A DNA stretch of 64,000 nucleotides. It comes from Psilocybe cubensis. Taxonomy: Eukaryota. Below are positions 12,069 through 26,516 of the stretch, piece by piece. Positions within the stretch are counted from its first letter, which is position 1, and each line of letters starts with the position of its first letter. The DNA lies in contig CM039006.1 in the NCBI GenBank assembly GCA_017499595.2, positions 186,001 through 250,000 on the forward strand, read 5' to 3'. Under the pieces are notes generated by a model, which searched no databases, had not been told where the DNA came from, and was given only the letters and a program-made list of their open reading frames with translations. Position numbers and translations under genes: made by a program.

Positions 12069-15061
12069 CTACTCGCTCATATCCGACCTGTCACTAATTT
12101 CCTCGTGATTTCCGCCAGTTTCTTTTTCACTAGACTGTTCTGGTTCCTTCTGGATCTTGTTTATCCAGTAATCATCACCGTATCCCAACGTCAGCTCCTC
12201 CCCAGCCGCAACATTCGTAACTGTTTGCATGAAAGGTATGATCAGCTATACTGTCCGAGCCTTATATGAAACGCATAATTACGAGTTTCAATGACAATGC
12301 GGGGCGCAAAGTCCACAATCATCACTGTACAGAGTTTAAAGTCAGAAATGACAAGAAGATATCTCTGGATCGCGCTGGATTGGGAATCCTACATCTTGCA
12401 TTACAATTCGGCATATCAGGCTTACTGTCGTTCAAATATCGCGTTTCATTGCCTGCATGCCACGAGTCCAGAATGTCGTCATACACTCCAAATGCGTAGT
12501 TCAGGTTACTGTACTTCTGAAGCCTGAATGTAAGGCCTATGAATGCATAAACAAGATTGGATTTGGAGTAAGGAAACGTACGGATCTATGGCTTCAGCAG
12601 CCGGCCCGGTGAGGTGTTCGCCGGTATACTCTGGTACCAATTTAACAAAACAAAGATCCTAATGCATATGTGCATTAAACAGATGGTGTGAAACGGTTCT
12701 CACCGCCGATATATTCCCCTGCTTTCATATTTTTGATCGCAAATGCGCCCAAACCGTACTTGCTGGGCATGATACGAAATCTCTGTTAAAATTTAGTCGC
12801 AAATTCTAAGAATCTAACAAGTTATGTTTACCAAGAACTTGCCCATTTGAATTTTTACGTTTTGGCACCTCCCTCGGCCCACGAAGGCACCTGGACAAAG
12901 AAATTACATTTCGTTCAGATCATCAGGTGCCAATGTAAACGTACCTCTAGGAGAAAAGCAAACCACTGCATCAAATATTTCAAGAGGTACCAACTTCGAT
13001 GGAAGCTCACCTAGCATCGCATCCCAAGCACAGCTCTGGATCACACTCCATTCCCTCCCTCACACATTCACACTCGGATAGTTCATCACCTCCTGGAACA
13101 CAAGGTCTCCATGCCGAAATTCCTGCTGACTTGGATTTGTTGTGACATTTGCACCCTTTCCGTCTTATCTTACCTTGGCACAAAAAAAAAGTAATTTCAA
13201 GACTAACATCCACACCTGTCTGTTATGTACTTACATTTCAATGAGCAGCGGCATGATCTTTGGCACCGTTCCCTATTTCGGAAGCAAACACAGTTACTGA
13301 GACGATTGCAGGGACCTTGATGCGAACATGGTCCAGATCTGAGAAGATAAGTCGTGAATTTTAAGCTGGTGTTGTTATCCTTTATGATGCTCACGGTTTA
13401 GTTTTTCTCGGATCGGCTGATGATATGTAAGTCAGCATCTACAGCAAGAAAGAGAGGGCTAGACGAACCAAACGCGAAGGTTGGACGAGGCTCTGAATCT
13501 CTCTCTGGTTTGATATCATCATCCGGGAGAATATTAATTCGCTCAATGTACATCTAGTATAGTCTCAGAACAGTAAATGGTGTCTTCATAAGTTGGCGGT
13601 ATACCTCAAAGCATGGCTTCCGACATATCACCGCCATGTCGCACGGAAACGTGTCCGGCGCAAGTTTAAGAACGCTTTCAAATAATGAACGTTCATCTTC
13701 AGTCCAATGATTGTTCTCCTATCAATAAGTTACCATAAACAAGTCAATAAGTAGTAGCACGTGGGACGGAGACACATACCTGGTCTGCGCTCAGGATATT
13801 GACAGTTTTGAAGCAGTTGACACCACATGCTTTACCTTTTCCTTGAAGCATCTTCGATCCCTTTACAGTGGCCTTGGGCGGAACAATGGGTTGAGGTTTG
13901 TCTGATCTTCAGGTCACTATACATATCCCCTTACTGTATTACCAGTAACTTGCCGTGTGCTTCGCAGAACAACATTGCGCAACTCAACCGAGGACAAAAG
14001 TCGGCCATACCACGAACTACTTCGTCATAGAATGTCGCGCTGTGATTGATGGTGTTTTCAGGGAAGATCTTTGAGGTACTTTGATCACCCAGGGCATTGT
14101 CTGAGCCGTCGTGTGACAAAGAAGAAGAGCTGTCTTTGTCGCTAGCATCTCTATCTTGGGAAGGTACAAGAGTGCTCGTGCCGCCTGGCCATCGGAACGG
14201 GTCGCTGTTGGTATCATTAAACCCTGTACAACTAGATGCAAGTGACGCTCACCGGTGAGAAGCATGCCAGACCAAGCTCTCCTTGCTTTTCACCAACATT
14301 GCATGTTTGAACATGCCAAATTTATCTATCTCCTCATACGAGTATCCGTGGTCCATGTATAGACGCCGAGCGGCTTCAACCTCAATCATCTCACCTATTT
14401 TGAGTTATCGCATTGCCAATTGGCGCCCAAAATTGGGCACAAAGTCTACAGAAACAGAACACTCACGATCTGGATCGTCAAGATCAACCTGCCAAGCAAA
14501 CACATCAAAGTCATCGAGGTAGTCAGGAAACCTTTTAAGGAACTCTGGTTCGTCTGCGTAGGGCAAAAACGGTGCGCGAGTGTCCATATCCGGGTTCAAA
14601 AGGCGGACGTTATGCGATAACGGTGTGCATGTCGTATATTTGGGATAGGGTTCGGGAATTGTAAAATTTGAGTCGTCCAGCACAGTGGGGTCCATTGGCC
14701 GCGTTGTAACGTGCATTGTGTGTCCGTCATCGCTTAAGTCAACGATTTGGCAGGTGTAGTTTGAGTTCGACGGGACATAGATCGGTGCCGAGATTGCAGG
14801 AGGATCCTGTTTGTGTCTACCAGGTCCGCCTCTAGACAAATTTTTCAATACAGATTTGCAGTATTGAGTTTCAAACTCATAAAACTCTGTCCACACGTCT
14901 TTGTATACCTTCAGAGCAATAGGACCGTGCTCCGCAAGCCACATTGGTTCAGTGACAATTTCCTCCTGATCGGTTTCATCGACAGCTGTTGCAGTATCGT
15001 CATCTGCAGTCTCATCTTCGTGGGCTCTAGATTCTTGGTTATAACTATCCTGCAAGATCAT
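12069..15061 (-). CDS. Enhancer-of-zeste-like CXC-SET histone methyltransferase, paralog A
   Basis: MCSS-like FCPRLSCAMLFCEAH, SANT-like WTEDE..PDTFPCDMAVICRKPCFE, CXC (PCSHQGPC...ECDPELCLGC), SET: YGLGAFA, EYTGE, NYAF, GNETRYLNDS, GEELTLGYG. Start codon uncertain. Confidence 0.85.
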
Positions 15062-15692
15062 CACTATTCCAGAGCTAGACAGTTAGAGGGAAGCTGGCGA
15101 AAGGCACTAGTGATAACGAATCTATATCCTAGTAAACAAAGAAGCTCTTTATGTTCCCACTGTGACGGTGGAATCCGAACTTCAAGCTCAGCTGTCAATA
15201 CTTGGATAATTCCGGCACCCCGGGATATATTTTGCTTAAAAGCGAATCACATATACCCCGCGTGTTTTATTCGCAGCTTTGGAGTAAAAAATGAGATCAT
15301 ACCGATTCAGTGTGTTTATATTTTGTGAACAGGAGACTTTTATGCTAAGAATGTCTATTTCTGAGGAAACCCTTTCTGTCCAGACACTTTCTCAAAATTT
15401 AAAGCATCACTTTGAGATCAACGTTCAGTGAAACTTCTTACTACTGTTTCCAAAAGCTATAATATTGGTATCTTAGCTCCTGTTGGCGATCCCATGGCGT
15501 GTGCAAAAAACAGGACTCAAGGTTGAAGTTACAGTCAACAACAAAGGAGCGGAATTTAAAATATTGATTTATAAGTCCTGCTGACTCAGAACCTTTGTAA
15601 GGTTGTGGCATATGCCGAATCGGCACGTCTGTTTCGAACCTTTTCGGTTTTTGCTCTTGCGTCACTTTGCATCCCGACCATCACAATCAGAA

Positions 15693-16330
15693 ATGCTCCC
15701 TGCGCCACCAAACTTCGCATCCGGCTCGCATCTTCCTCAATTCTCTCTGCAAAACACTTTCGGCCCTGGGTCATCATACGGACCACATCCACAACCCGGA
15801 TACCTCTCTCAGGCGCTGTTGCACGATCCACTGAATCAAGCAGCAGATCCCAACTCACCAGAGGTGTTCAAGGACAATATACAAATTGTACAGAATCATG
15901 TCCATCGTCTGCGTGATGCAGCGAAGCAGCTCCAAACGGCAATGTACGTCAAATGATCGCTTTTCTGGTTTGCATGAACAACTAGTTTCAGTTTGAGGCA
16001 ATATCGTGACTTCTTACCGTACACCGTTCTAGTCAATTGGCGTATCAACCTGGATACTCGCCTGCATCCACTGAAGCTTATATCTCGACACTCAAAAATG
16101 AACTCGCTATGACGATTGAGATTCTTCGTAAATCCGGTGTTGGTGCTCTACCGTTCATACCCCCTTCCAACGACGACAATCCATGTCCTGTGCCCACAGA
16201 ACAGGCCCTTTTGGAAAATAGAATGACGAGTGTCAGGGCGCTTCATGAAAAGCTGCAACGTAGCCAGGACAGTGCGGCGGTGGTTGCGAATTTGTTGACG
16301 ACAGACCATATTGTGAGACCAGCAAAATGA
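15693..16330 (+). CDS. Hypothetical protein, 2 exons, predicted helical/coiled-coil
   Basis: ORFs 15603-15956 and 16037-16330 join across a GT-AG intron. Composition is protein-like; no family recognised. Confidence 0.6.
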
Positions 16331-17162
16331 AGTTTTTTAATGGATGAAGGCGTTCCACGCATAGGATGCGGCTTATCGGGAAATTGAAAGGGACTTGGTC
16401 GAAAATCAGAGCATCAATTTGAATTACTGGTTTCATCACATTGCAACCACTTTCATCAGCCAACATATCAACTAGTCACCAGTGACCCGTCAACGATGGG
16501 GCCATCGATGAAGGGACTCAGCATCGCAAGCTGGAATCAATGTTGATATTGCTTGTTGGATCAATGGTTACGATGGAATACGTTTGGCATGTTTAAAATT
16601 CTAGATAGTGGCGTTATGATGGCACCTCGAGAGGGATATACAAAGTGCTCCACTGTACTTTGTCTCGTCGAGTTATCAGGATTCAGGAGTGAATTCGTCG
16701 TTGTGGAGGGGACGAAAGTTGGAATGTAGCTAGCTGTGCATTACACTCTTCGGTGATACATCTTCAGTGATCTTTCTGCTGACGCGCGTCCTATTCAACG
16801 AAACCATTCAACTCTGAGAACATCGTACTACGCAAATGAGAGCAGACCACCTCTTGGATATATGTTCTTTCTCGTGATCCAAGTGGTGCCATCTCGAAAA
16901 GATTGGGGTTTTTTGCGGCTGTAGTTCGCTTTGCGCATGGTCTGACCAAGCATCTTCACATCGATATCTTAATTAAGCTCTAAATTCAACTACAGAGGTA
17001 TAAAATAAACATCATGTACGGATACAAACATTGGCTAACGTGCTACAAAGTACAGTTACAGTGAATGAGTGTGGGGGTAGTGAAGTGTGTATGTGGAAAT
17101 GAAGAGTCCAAATCGTATCATAAAAGTCCATCATGAAAGTTCGACCATGGCTGGAAATAGAA

Positions 17163-19611
17163 TTAACATCCAACAAGGGGCGTAAAATCGTCCTCGAAGC
17201 TGCCGTCGGCCTGCAATCCAAGCCCCCGGCTCGCAAACGCGTTGAAGACCGTGCATTTGTGCGCGCCATTGTATCGGATAGTGTCCGCGAGGATCCAGGC
17301 GTCGCGGGCAGACACAACTGAATGGGAAATATCAAATATATATCATCACACATCCGAGTGAAGAAAATTAAACTCACAAGTGGGATTACAAGGCTGTAGC
17401 GACAGCGCATCCATGTACAAGCGCATGAATACGACATTGCCCTCGGGTGCGTCGGCGTTGGTAAGCTTGTCCGCCGCAAAACCGTGCTTGTCAACCAAGG
17501 CCGCGTAGACGTTGTGCAGCATGTTCGCCCAGACTTCACCGATTTCTAGGAGATGAATCAAATCCTTGTCAGTATCGTCTCATCAGTAGTAAGAAGGGGA
17601 AGAGGCGCGGAAATGGAAGGAGGGGGAAGAAAAGGAGGTATATACGCACCGTGAACCTGGTTGCGCACTTTGAGTGCACTGTATGTGAGCGAATTGACAT
17701 TCTTATCGACAGAGTATGGCGCAGTGCGGATTCCGCGGCGCAAACTGTTCGTAACATAGCCACCCATAACCATATCCACTGTCTTTTCAGAAGTCTGGAG
17801 CATCCAGCTTTAGGGGTAGAATGCAAAGAAATTGTCAGTGTTAATGATGGAACATGTAATTGAGGGACATACTCGGCCATGGCATCCCCCCATCCCTCAC
17901 CCATACCACCAGACTCGAGTGTCTGCAAGCAACGCGCTGTGCCACCGCCTGTGAGTCGGGTAGTGATGCCGTGTGCGAGTTCGTGGATGAGGATATCGTT
18001 CTGAAGTGATCCATCGCGTTCAGGGGACTACCGTTTCGATATAAGAATACAAAGACACAAAACGATGAGATATGAGAAGACTTACCACAACATCCCATGT
18101 GAACATACGACATACACCATTCTGACCACTACATCAAAAGATATTTGGATAAACAACCTAGTTATGCCCACCAAAGGAAAAGAAAAACACATACTCAGGC
18201 GGCGTTGCAAAATTTGCATTATTCTTCCCTGATGCGTCCTGCACCGATAGAAGAACGCGATCATTTTCTTTGCCTCCCTTGCCAAAGTTATTCAGCTGGA
18301 AATTGAACTTCTCCTCGGTGAACCCATAGCGGTAGGCAAAATCGTGCACGGCGTTAGCCACGAAGAAGGCATTAGTTTGCGCTGCGACGGCATTGGCCGG
18401 AAGTGAGGGATCGAAGGTATCATTATAGAAGCTGAAGAAGGATGGCCCAGCGCTTGTCTGCCGTTGGACGCGATCACCTTTGAAGACAATGACGTTGTTG
18501 CCTCTGTGAGCGAGCGGCTGTGTTAGATCCGGATTATATTTAGAAAGGCACGGGCGCTTACGATGTGGAAGTAGAGTTGGCGAAGCCGATGCTATGCCAA
18601 CCAAAAGGGGACGCGCCTAAATCCTCTGGGTTCTCAAGCAGTTCCTGTCCATCGAGGAAACTTTGTTTGGTGAGCGGAAGCGCGACATACTTTTAAGCAT
18701 TACCGATTATTAGACACCAGAATCTGAATCATATCAAGAAAACTTACGGAGGCGTCGCTGACGAAGTCTGTCACGCTCACGAGCTCTCCAGAGTGAGCGT
18801 CAATGTATGCCTCATACCACGCGCCAGTATCTTCATTTTGAATCTGAACAACGTGCACGAGGGATACAGAGCCATCGCTCTGCGCAAGGTATTCCAGGGT
18901 TGTGTTCCAACCGTTGTATGTTCCTTCGAGGATGGTTTCAACCCTAGGGAGGACAGAGCGCCAGGAAACCGTGGGTGTAGACGGTGCGATCTTGGCTAGA
19001 ATCAATGAGTGGCTGGGCATTAACAACATAAACTGGGGAAAGTTTCGTACCGGATTTGATGTCAATGAAGGATGTGGAATAGGATACGACCTTGTCGTCA
19101 TTGAACCCTATGCTGGCTACAGCGTTTGCCAGAGGTACTCCATTCTGTGAAGAAAAACATTATCAGAAAATGTTAATTCCATTGTGGACGATGCAAGCAC
19201 GAACGATGGCCTGTTTCATGTATGCTACACGTGTCGATCCCGAGGTAAATCCCGAACCCCACGCCGCCTTGTCGGAGCTGATGCCTTGTGTATTGAGGTA
19301 GTCAAAGGCAGAGTCCCTCAACGACGCAGGACCAACGGATCGACTTTTGATTGTGACCCCATCCTCACCGAAAACCTGTAATCCAAGAGAAAAACAGATA
19401 AATTGGGATATCACGAAAAAAATGATGGTCAACGTACATTAAATGATGACTTGGGGTGATAGCTCTCGAGCTTGAGAGCGCGCTTTCCGATGTACCTGGT
19501 CATATGGGTAGCATGACGAGTATACTCTGGGAAAGGCGCAGCTTCGACATATGATGTAGCAAGAATAGCAGCAGTGATGAAAGAAATGAACGACTTGGAA
19601 AAAGCAACCAT
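17163..19611 (-). CDS. Fungalysin (M36 metallopeptidase), copy 1
   Basis: Signal peptide, FTP propeptide ([20 protein letters not shown]), [26 protein letters not shown] zinc motif, GMGEGWGD and GEVWANML. Confidence 0.92.
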
Positions 19612-20286
19612 TATCAAAACAGTTGAACGTTATGTGTCTGTGTCGGTGTGTGGATTAGAATAGACTAAATGCTCCAAAAAAAGGAAGGTCGTAAAAAGGA
19701 GTCGTAGAAGTGTTATGGAGAAGTTAAGAATAGGAAATAGGGAAACAAAGAGAGAAAGTACTGCCATTAATTTTTAGCACAGTTTTATATCCTCATGTAC
19801 AATAAGAAAACATTCCTGGAAACCCCGGCCCTTGGGGAAACGACAGGTATCCAAGTCATCCATGATGGCCTCGTCAAAGGGCAGACAGGCGTAAGTTCGA
19901 AGGCATGTCTTTCAAGAAAGACAATAGCAAGACAATGGGTTGGACAATGGCAATGAAGTGGTTAAGAGAAAGCAACAATTATGGTGTCCCTTGGCAGTGG
20001 TAACGCCAAGAGACATGAGCAGTCGGCCCAGTCGGAGGATTGTGATCGGGCCGCGATGTAGGAAGTTTACTAGTTTAGGTTTAGGTTTAAGCGGAGTTTG
20101 ACTTTCAACTCAGATCTCAAGAAGCTCTCCAATTGAAAAAGATATGGTATGTACTGGATATATCTAGTTCTCCTTCCATCCAGCCATAGAGGGGTGAAGG
20201 ATGTGTATAGTAGTTCCAAAAGCGAAAAGAATGTGCAACTAAGTGCTATGAAGTAAAACCGTTAGCCAGCGTACATTATGACGTGC

Positions 20287-22664
20287 CTAGCATCCATCCG
20301 GGAGAGTGGCGTCGTCGGTGAAGGCGGAGCTGGCCCTAATACCTAAACCGCGACTTGCAAAGGCTCTTGCGACCGTGCACTTGTTCGCGCCTCCGAAGCG
20401 GTTCTGGTCAGCCTGAAGCCAAGCATCACGGGCTTCGATGACTAGGAACAGAGAAAGTGCATTAATAACAATGTACCATCACCCTAATAAATCAAAGCTT
20501 ACAAGTAGGATTACAAGGCTGTAGTGACAGGGCATCCATAAACAAGCGCATGAATACAATGTTTCCCTCGGGCCCGTCAGGGTTTGTCAGCTTGTCAGCA
20601 GAGAATCCCTTCTCGGCGACCAAAGCCGCGTAGACATTGTGAAGCATGTTCGCCCAGACCTCACCGATCTCGTGTACCTGGTTGAGGTTGCGAAGGCTAG
20701 CGTAGGTGAGCGGGTTCGTGGCCTTGCTGGTTGAGTAAGGAGCAGAGCGGATACCACGCGCGTCGCCGGTGACGTACGCACCAACAGCAAAGTTGGTGGT
20801 TTGAGCGGATTTCTGTGCCATCCAACTAAGTAGAATACGACTGTGAGATGAGAATTTACAGAAAAGAGGGATTGAAAGTACTTCGCCATGGCATCTCCCC
20901 ATCCTTCACCGAGTCCTCCGGATTCCAGGGTCTGTAAACATCTGCCAGTTCCGCCACCAGTCATGCGGTTAGTGATGCCGTGAGTGAGCTCATGGATGAT
21001 GATGTCGTTCTCCAAAGATCCATCACGGTTGACTGGCTGGGCGGATTATAAGTAATGAAAAATAACCATAATCAGATTAAAAAAAGCCTACAGGTGTAAG
21101 ATTCCAGATAAACATGCGGCAAATACCCGACTGGCCGCTGAATTCATATCACAAAATGTAGTTCAGAATCCACGGCAAATTGGAAAGAAAAACAAAGAAC
21201 TAACTCGGGTGGGGTAGCAAAATTAGCATTGTTCGTACCCGATGCATCCTGCACCGAAATCAACACGCGGTCGTTCTGCCTCCCGCCCTTGTTGAAATTC
21301 GACAACTGAAAATTGAACGCGGCCTCGGTGAACCCATACCGGTACGCAAAGTCATGAACGGCGTTGGCCACAAAGAAAGCGTTGGTGCGGGCGGCGTTGA
21401 CGTTTGTGGGATCGATAGGTTGCTTGTTGTCGTCGTAAACGGCATTGAAGTTAAGCCCGGCGGAGGTCTGTACAGAAACTCTTTGGTCTTTGAAGGCGAG
21501 GACGTTATTTCCCCTGATATGAAAAGGCGAAGTGCGTTAATTGCGTTTTCAAGGTTTCGGATGAATGCGAAAGCCTACGAGGTGGTGGAAGAGTTTCCGT
21601 TCCCGATGCTATGCCATCCGAAAGGGGACGCCTCTGGATCTTCAGGATCTCTGATGTTCTCGACACCATCTTCAAAGCTCACTTTCGTCAAGGGAAGAGC
21701 AGTGTACTGCACGTTCGAAGACCGATACCTCTCTTTAGGGACATCATTTTTTGCGATTCTAAAATAAACTCACCGAAGCATCATTGACGAAGTCCGTCAC
21801 ACTCAACAATTCCCCTGAATGCGCATCAATATATGCCTCGTACCACGCATTCGTCTCCTCGTTCTGGATCTGCACGACATGAGTCAGTGCGACAGAGCCA
21901 TCAGCGCGGGCAAGATATTCGAGCGTCGTGTTGAACCCATTGTACTTTCCCTCCAGCACCTCCTCAACCTGTGGGAGAACGGAGCGCCAGCTAACGGTAG
22001 GTGAGGCTGGCGCAATCTTCGCAGCCTTCGTGTCAACGAAGGAGGAGCCGTAGGAGACAACGGTGTCTCCGTTGAAGGCGACATTGGCGACGGCATTGGC
22101 TAGGGGTATGCCGTTCTGGTTAATGTCAAAGAAGGAAAGGGACTGTTGAGACTATTTAGTTTCTAGCAAATCAAGTAGAACATACGATAGACTGCTTGAG
22201 GTAAGCAACGCGGTTGGCGCCAGCCTCGAACCCAGATCTCCAAGCAACATTGTCGGAACTGATGCCCAACGAGTTAACATAAGCGAATGCAGAGTCCTTC
22301 AAAGGGTTTGCGGAAGCGACGAGAGAATTTCCAGAGGGAATCGTAACACCGTCGTCACCAAAAGTCTAACAAAAAATGAGAGCAATGATGTCAGTAAGAT
22401 ATGATAAAAATAGGTTTGACGCGCATCCGTAGACGAGGCCATATTGATCGGTGGGAAGCGGCAAGCGGAGATTCGAAGCTGTCAACTCACTTTAAAGGTT
22501 GACTTGGGGTGATAGCTCTCGACTTTGAGACTTCTCTTTCCGATGTATCGGGTGTGGTGAGTGGAATGGCGTGCATGGAGTGGCCAAGGGGCGGCCTCAA
22601 CAGTCACGCTGAGCACAGCAGCCACAATGATCGTAGAGAAGAAAGAGCCAGTGAATGAAACCAT
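20287..22664 (-). CDS. Fungalysin (M36 metallopeptidase), copy 2
   Basis: Same architecture: [25 protein letters not shown]. Tandem paralog of copy 1. Confidence 0.92.
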
Positions 22665-23670
22665 TTTCGAAACGGCAGGTATATATGTGCTTGGAAAAAA
22701 TGAACTGCGAAATTAAGGAAGAAGGAAAAGGGGCACGACCGAGCGTGTTAAAGAAAAATGAGGGACAGAAAAGAAATAAGATGGATGGAAGGAAGGTGGA
22801 GAGGAGAACGGAGGGTAGGGGCGCCAGCGGGGCATTGGATGACCATGTTATATAGGCCCGCGAGCAATAATCTGGTCTTCAGGAGTAGAAAGTCTGGGCA
22901 TAGACATAATCTCAGAAGATGAAAGGGATACCCAAGGGAAGTTCGCAACTTGTAACAAAAGTGTTCTGAATTTGAAGGGTCCTCATGGTTGTACCGATAC
23001 GATTTCGGTTGCCAGGTCAACTCTTCTGTTGGGCTTCACAACTCATCGTCATCATCAGACTGGCATTTTGTATCGGTCTTTCGCTTTGAAGGTCAAAAGC
23101 CATAGGAACTGGAGTACAAATATATGCAGGTGTAAGCAACATGATTCCCAGCGTCAGAAAAAGTTTTCACACCTTTTGCCACACACATCGTTGTTCAATG
23201 AACCCGTTTAGACGCACCACTAAAAGGGGCTCCATGGAGGCAAATTTCATCACGTTGTCATTTAGTTACGCTGACCTTCCAATAAAGGCTTGGCATCGCC
23301 CGCTTATTTCTGCTGCGGAAAAACGCTGAAGGCTGGAGAAGTTAAAACAAAAAATGTAGTTTCCTTTGGGTCTCGCGTAGTATATTTTTGAAGTAATCTT
23401 GTATGCGTCAGGTTTCAAGTAAATTGCTTACCACAGTACATAAAGTAGATCGTTCATTAACTAGATCGAAAAGCCTCACATTTATAACATTGTGCAGGCA
23501 GTGTAGCCACACCCTAGCCATTAATGTCGGCAACAACTGCCGTAGATCGGAAAGAAACGTCGTCAGTGATGAGAGCGCCAAAGTCCAGGGCCTCGTTCGT
23601 TCCGGATACAAATTGATCAAAAATGGAGCGGCTTGGAGCGGCTTGGTGAGGCGTAATATTCCAAAGAAAG

Positions 23671-24198
23671 TTATTTTCTTAGCTCTGGATAGGCTCGTAC
23701 ACCAGTCGTTTCTGACTCAGCATATTTCGAGCTCCGCTCGGTTTCGTCAGAAACGGCTGGGCCAAACGGTTCGGTTTTGGCAGAGTCACGCTTTGTCACG
23801 TCGGACTTGTTGAAATTCGAACAACTACGTCGATTGCGACCACTACCCGTCCCCCTCCCCCTCAAATTCTGAATCCTCTGAATCCTCAATAACATCGTAC
23901 TCCTCCTCTATTTCCTCAAGATCCATGTCAAGGTCAAACCCTGCATGCTAGACTCACCCATACTGTCTGAAGCTGAAGCATGATTTGAATCTACAGATGA
24001 TATAGAGACTGCATTTGGGACAATCTGGGTACCCAGAGGTTCACTTTTGATGGAGGTGGGATGTGCAGGTATGTCTCTTTCATTGTCTGTTTCATCTGCA
24101 GAGACTGGGCTCATTAACCGCCCGGACCTGCCATCTAATCTTAGAAGCAGTTCACCTGCGCCATAATATATGATTTTTCGGCTCAAATTACAAGTCAT
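23671..24198 (-). pseudogene. Possible decayed coding relic
   Basis: A protein-like low-complexity stretch continues across a frameshift into an acidic run FDLDMDLEEIEEEYDVIEDSEDSEFEGEGDG and then stops. No family recognised. Confidence 0.25.
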
Positions 24199-24386
24199 TT
24201 TTTTCTCAAAAAAATTTTTTTTTGTGACCTTGTAAAAATGAAATTTATTGTAAAAGAAACCTATCTAAATGATTCTGTAGACAACTTTATTTTAAGTTGT
24301 GGAAGGAGGTTGTTGAGGCAAATCGCGTTTTTTTCACCAAGTCCGAGTCACAAAACGAGGATTCCCTCAAATCCGAACCGTTTGTC

Positions 24387-24522
24387 CCAGGCCTTCTGTG
24401 AATCTCTTTCTTTTCGCACTCCGATCAATGTTTGACGACATAAATAAAGACAACATTTGTGCAAACATATCACTCGGTACCTGCCTTATCTAGAAAAGAG
24501 ACGAGATTCACAGAAGGCCTGG
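24387..24522. repeat. Perfect 20-bp inverted repeat enclosing 96 bp (MITE-like)
   Basis: CCAGGCCTTCTGTGAATCTC (24387-24406) versus GAGATTCACAGAAGGCCTGG (24503-24522). No TSD seen. Confidence 0.75.
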
Positions 24523-25524
24523 CTCGCGAGGCTAAGCTCTGGAGAATAAAATGTTGCTAAAAAGTAGTAAATTCTGCACTAGCACTTGTAGGATGTCGTC
24601 TTGTCACTGGATCAAAGTACGATAGTTAAAGTTGCAAGAATATATATTATACCTCATCATACTATGTACAACAAAAAACATTCCAATCAAACAGCCAAGC
24701 GGTATTGATTATGTACGTTAAATTTACTTGCGGTAAATCCAACACTGCTCGCAAGTTCATCAAAGCTTCAATTCTTCAACAACACTGAACTTCAACTTCA
24801 GTAGCAGTGTTATAATCAGGATGAATGTAAGGCTGCCGACTGACTACACAACCCTTTCTGCTGTATAAATACTGTCCGAGATTAAGAAATATATCGTCTC
24901 TTAATTGGTTCTTTTACGGTACCGGTTTGAGTGTTATTGCTGTGTTCGGACAGACAGCAGGTTACAATTGCCAATATTGCGTTATATGCAGCAGACTCCT
25001 TAGACATAATATATGACCTCAAGAACCTGTATAAACTGTCTGACATCTAGATATAATTGCATATACTATGGTTAATCACTTCACAGAACGATTGGAATGA
25101 TGTAGAAACCGCTTTGGGGGACCTTGGAGGACCTCTGTTGATTCACTGACCCCTATTTACTTCCATTGCGACAAAATTTATATCACGTGATGTCATGGGA
25201 ACGTGAACGGCAATCTCTTTGCTTGTCAGTTTCACTCAGCGCTCACCGTTATTCCCAACATCGCATCTATGTCGTTTTGACATTCAACTCTGCTAAATTT
25301 CTGTTCACAACTAGAACACAAAAACAAAGAAAAGTACAAGCCGTAAACTACGAAGGTATGCACCGGTTTTTGTTTGCCAATTTTTTTCTAAAAGTTCTAC
25401 CATTTATGCCGTCGTATTGTTCTTGTTCTTGCTTTTGTTCTTTCGCGCCTCCCGGCAGCTACAACGACTTCAGTATCTCCCACCACGAATCAGGAAATTG
25501 TGAAGGCAAAATTCAAAGTGCCTA

Positions 25525-26159
25525 ATGGCTGAACTCCACCCTATAATACCCCGCGACGAGAACAATCAATCCTCGCTCGCTCTTGCGGCTCAGGACACAC
25601 CTGAACCCGTGCCTATTACAGAACAAGAAGTCGGAGAATACAGAGAACAGGACAGATTTCTTCCTGTACGTAATAACCAACATCAAACCTCATCTCCCAA
25701 ATCTTATAACATACCGAAACCTAACTCAGATTGCCAACGTCTCCCGAATCATGAAGTCGTCTGTGCCACCCACCGCCAAGATTGCCAAAGACGCCAAAGA
25801 GTGCGTGCAAGAGTGTGTCTCCGAATTTATTTCGTTTATCACATCCGAGGCTGCGGAGAAATGCCAGCTCGAGAAGCGCAAGACAATAGGCGGGGAGGAT
25901 ATACTGTACGCGATGGGAACGCTTGGGTTTGAGAATTACGCAGAGACGTTAAAAATTCATCTAGCAAAGCTTAGACAGGTGAGTTTGGTTTCCTTTTCTC
26001 TTGACATTCCCTAGGTGGAGATTGTTCTTTATTCTTGTACAATGTGAATGCCCCGCCACTTATTTTTAAACTAATTTCTAGAACGGAACCACGAATGCAT
26101 CATCAACCACGAACGCTGCTAGAGACCAACCTATAGAACCCAGAATGGACGGAGAGTAG
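25525..26159 (+). CDS. HAP3: CCAAT-binding factor subunit NF-YB/Hap3, 3 exons
   Basis: [17 protein letters not shown]...[46 protein letters not shown] histone fold. Confidence 0.95.
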
Positions 26160-26516
26160 ACGTAATGGTGCAGTCAAGCGATACATGTCGAGGTCGAGTT
26201 GAAGGGGAAGGTTGCTTGGGGCAGAGCGTTCTGTACGATCTATGTACGACTATGGTGTGTACCTTCTGGTTAAGCTGAGCTTGGATCTAGTGGTGAACAA
26301 CTGATTCTCCGACCCAGGACTTATATTTATTATACATACATACTGAACAAACAATTCAATTATTCTAATATCGTAACCTTACTCGATTCGATGGAGATCC
26401 AGATCCCACCGTGCCACCTTCTGACAAGAACCCACCTCGACCATCTTATGCGAGCATCCGCCTACTCATTACTGATGTTTGTTATACACCAACGTCGAAT
26501 GTTAAACCCTAAAATG

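Noticed and set aside
20073-20090. TTTAGG x2-3 telomere-like run
   Set aside because: Too short and not the canonical TTAGGG; compatible with chance.
17163-22664. Fungalysins as processing proteases of a DUF3328 RiPP cluster
   Set aside because: They are 16 kb or more away with unrelated genes between, and M36 expansions are common in mushrooms.
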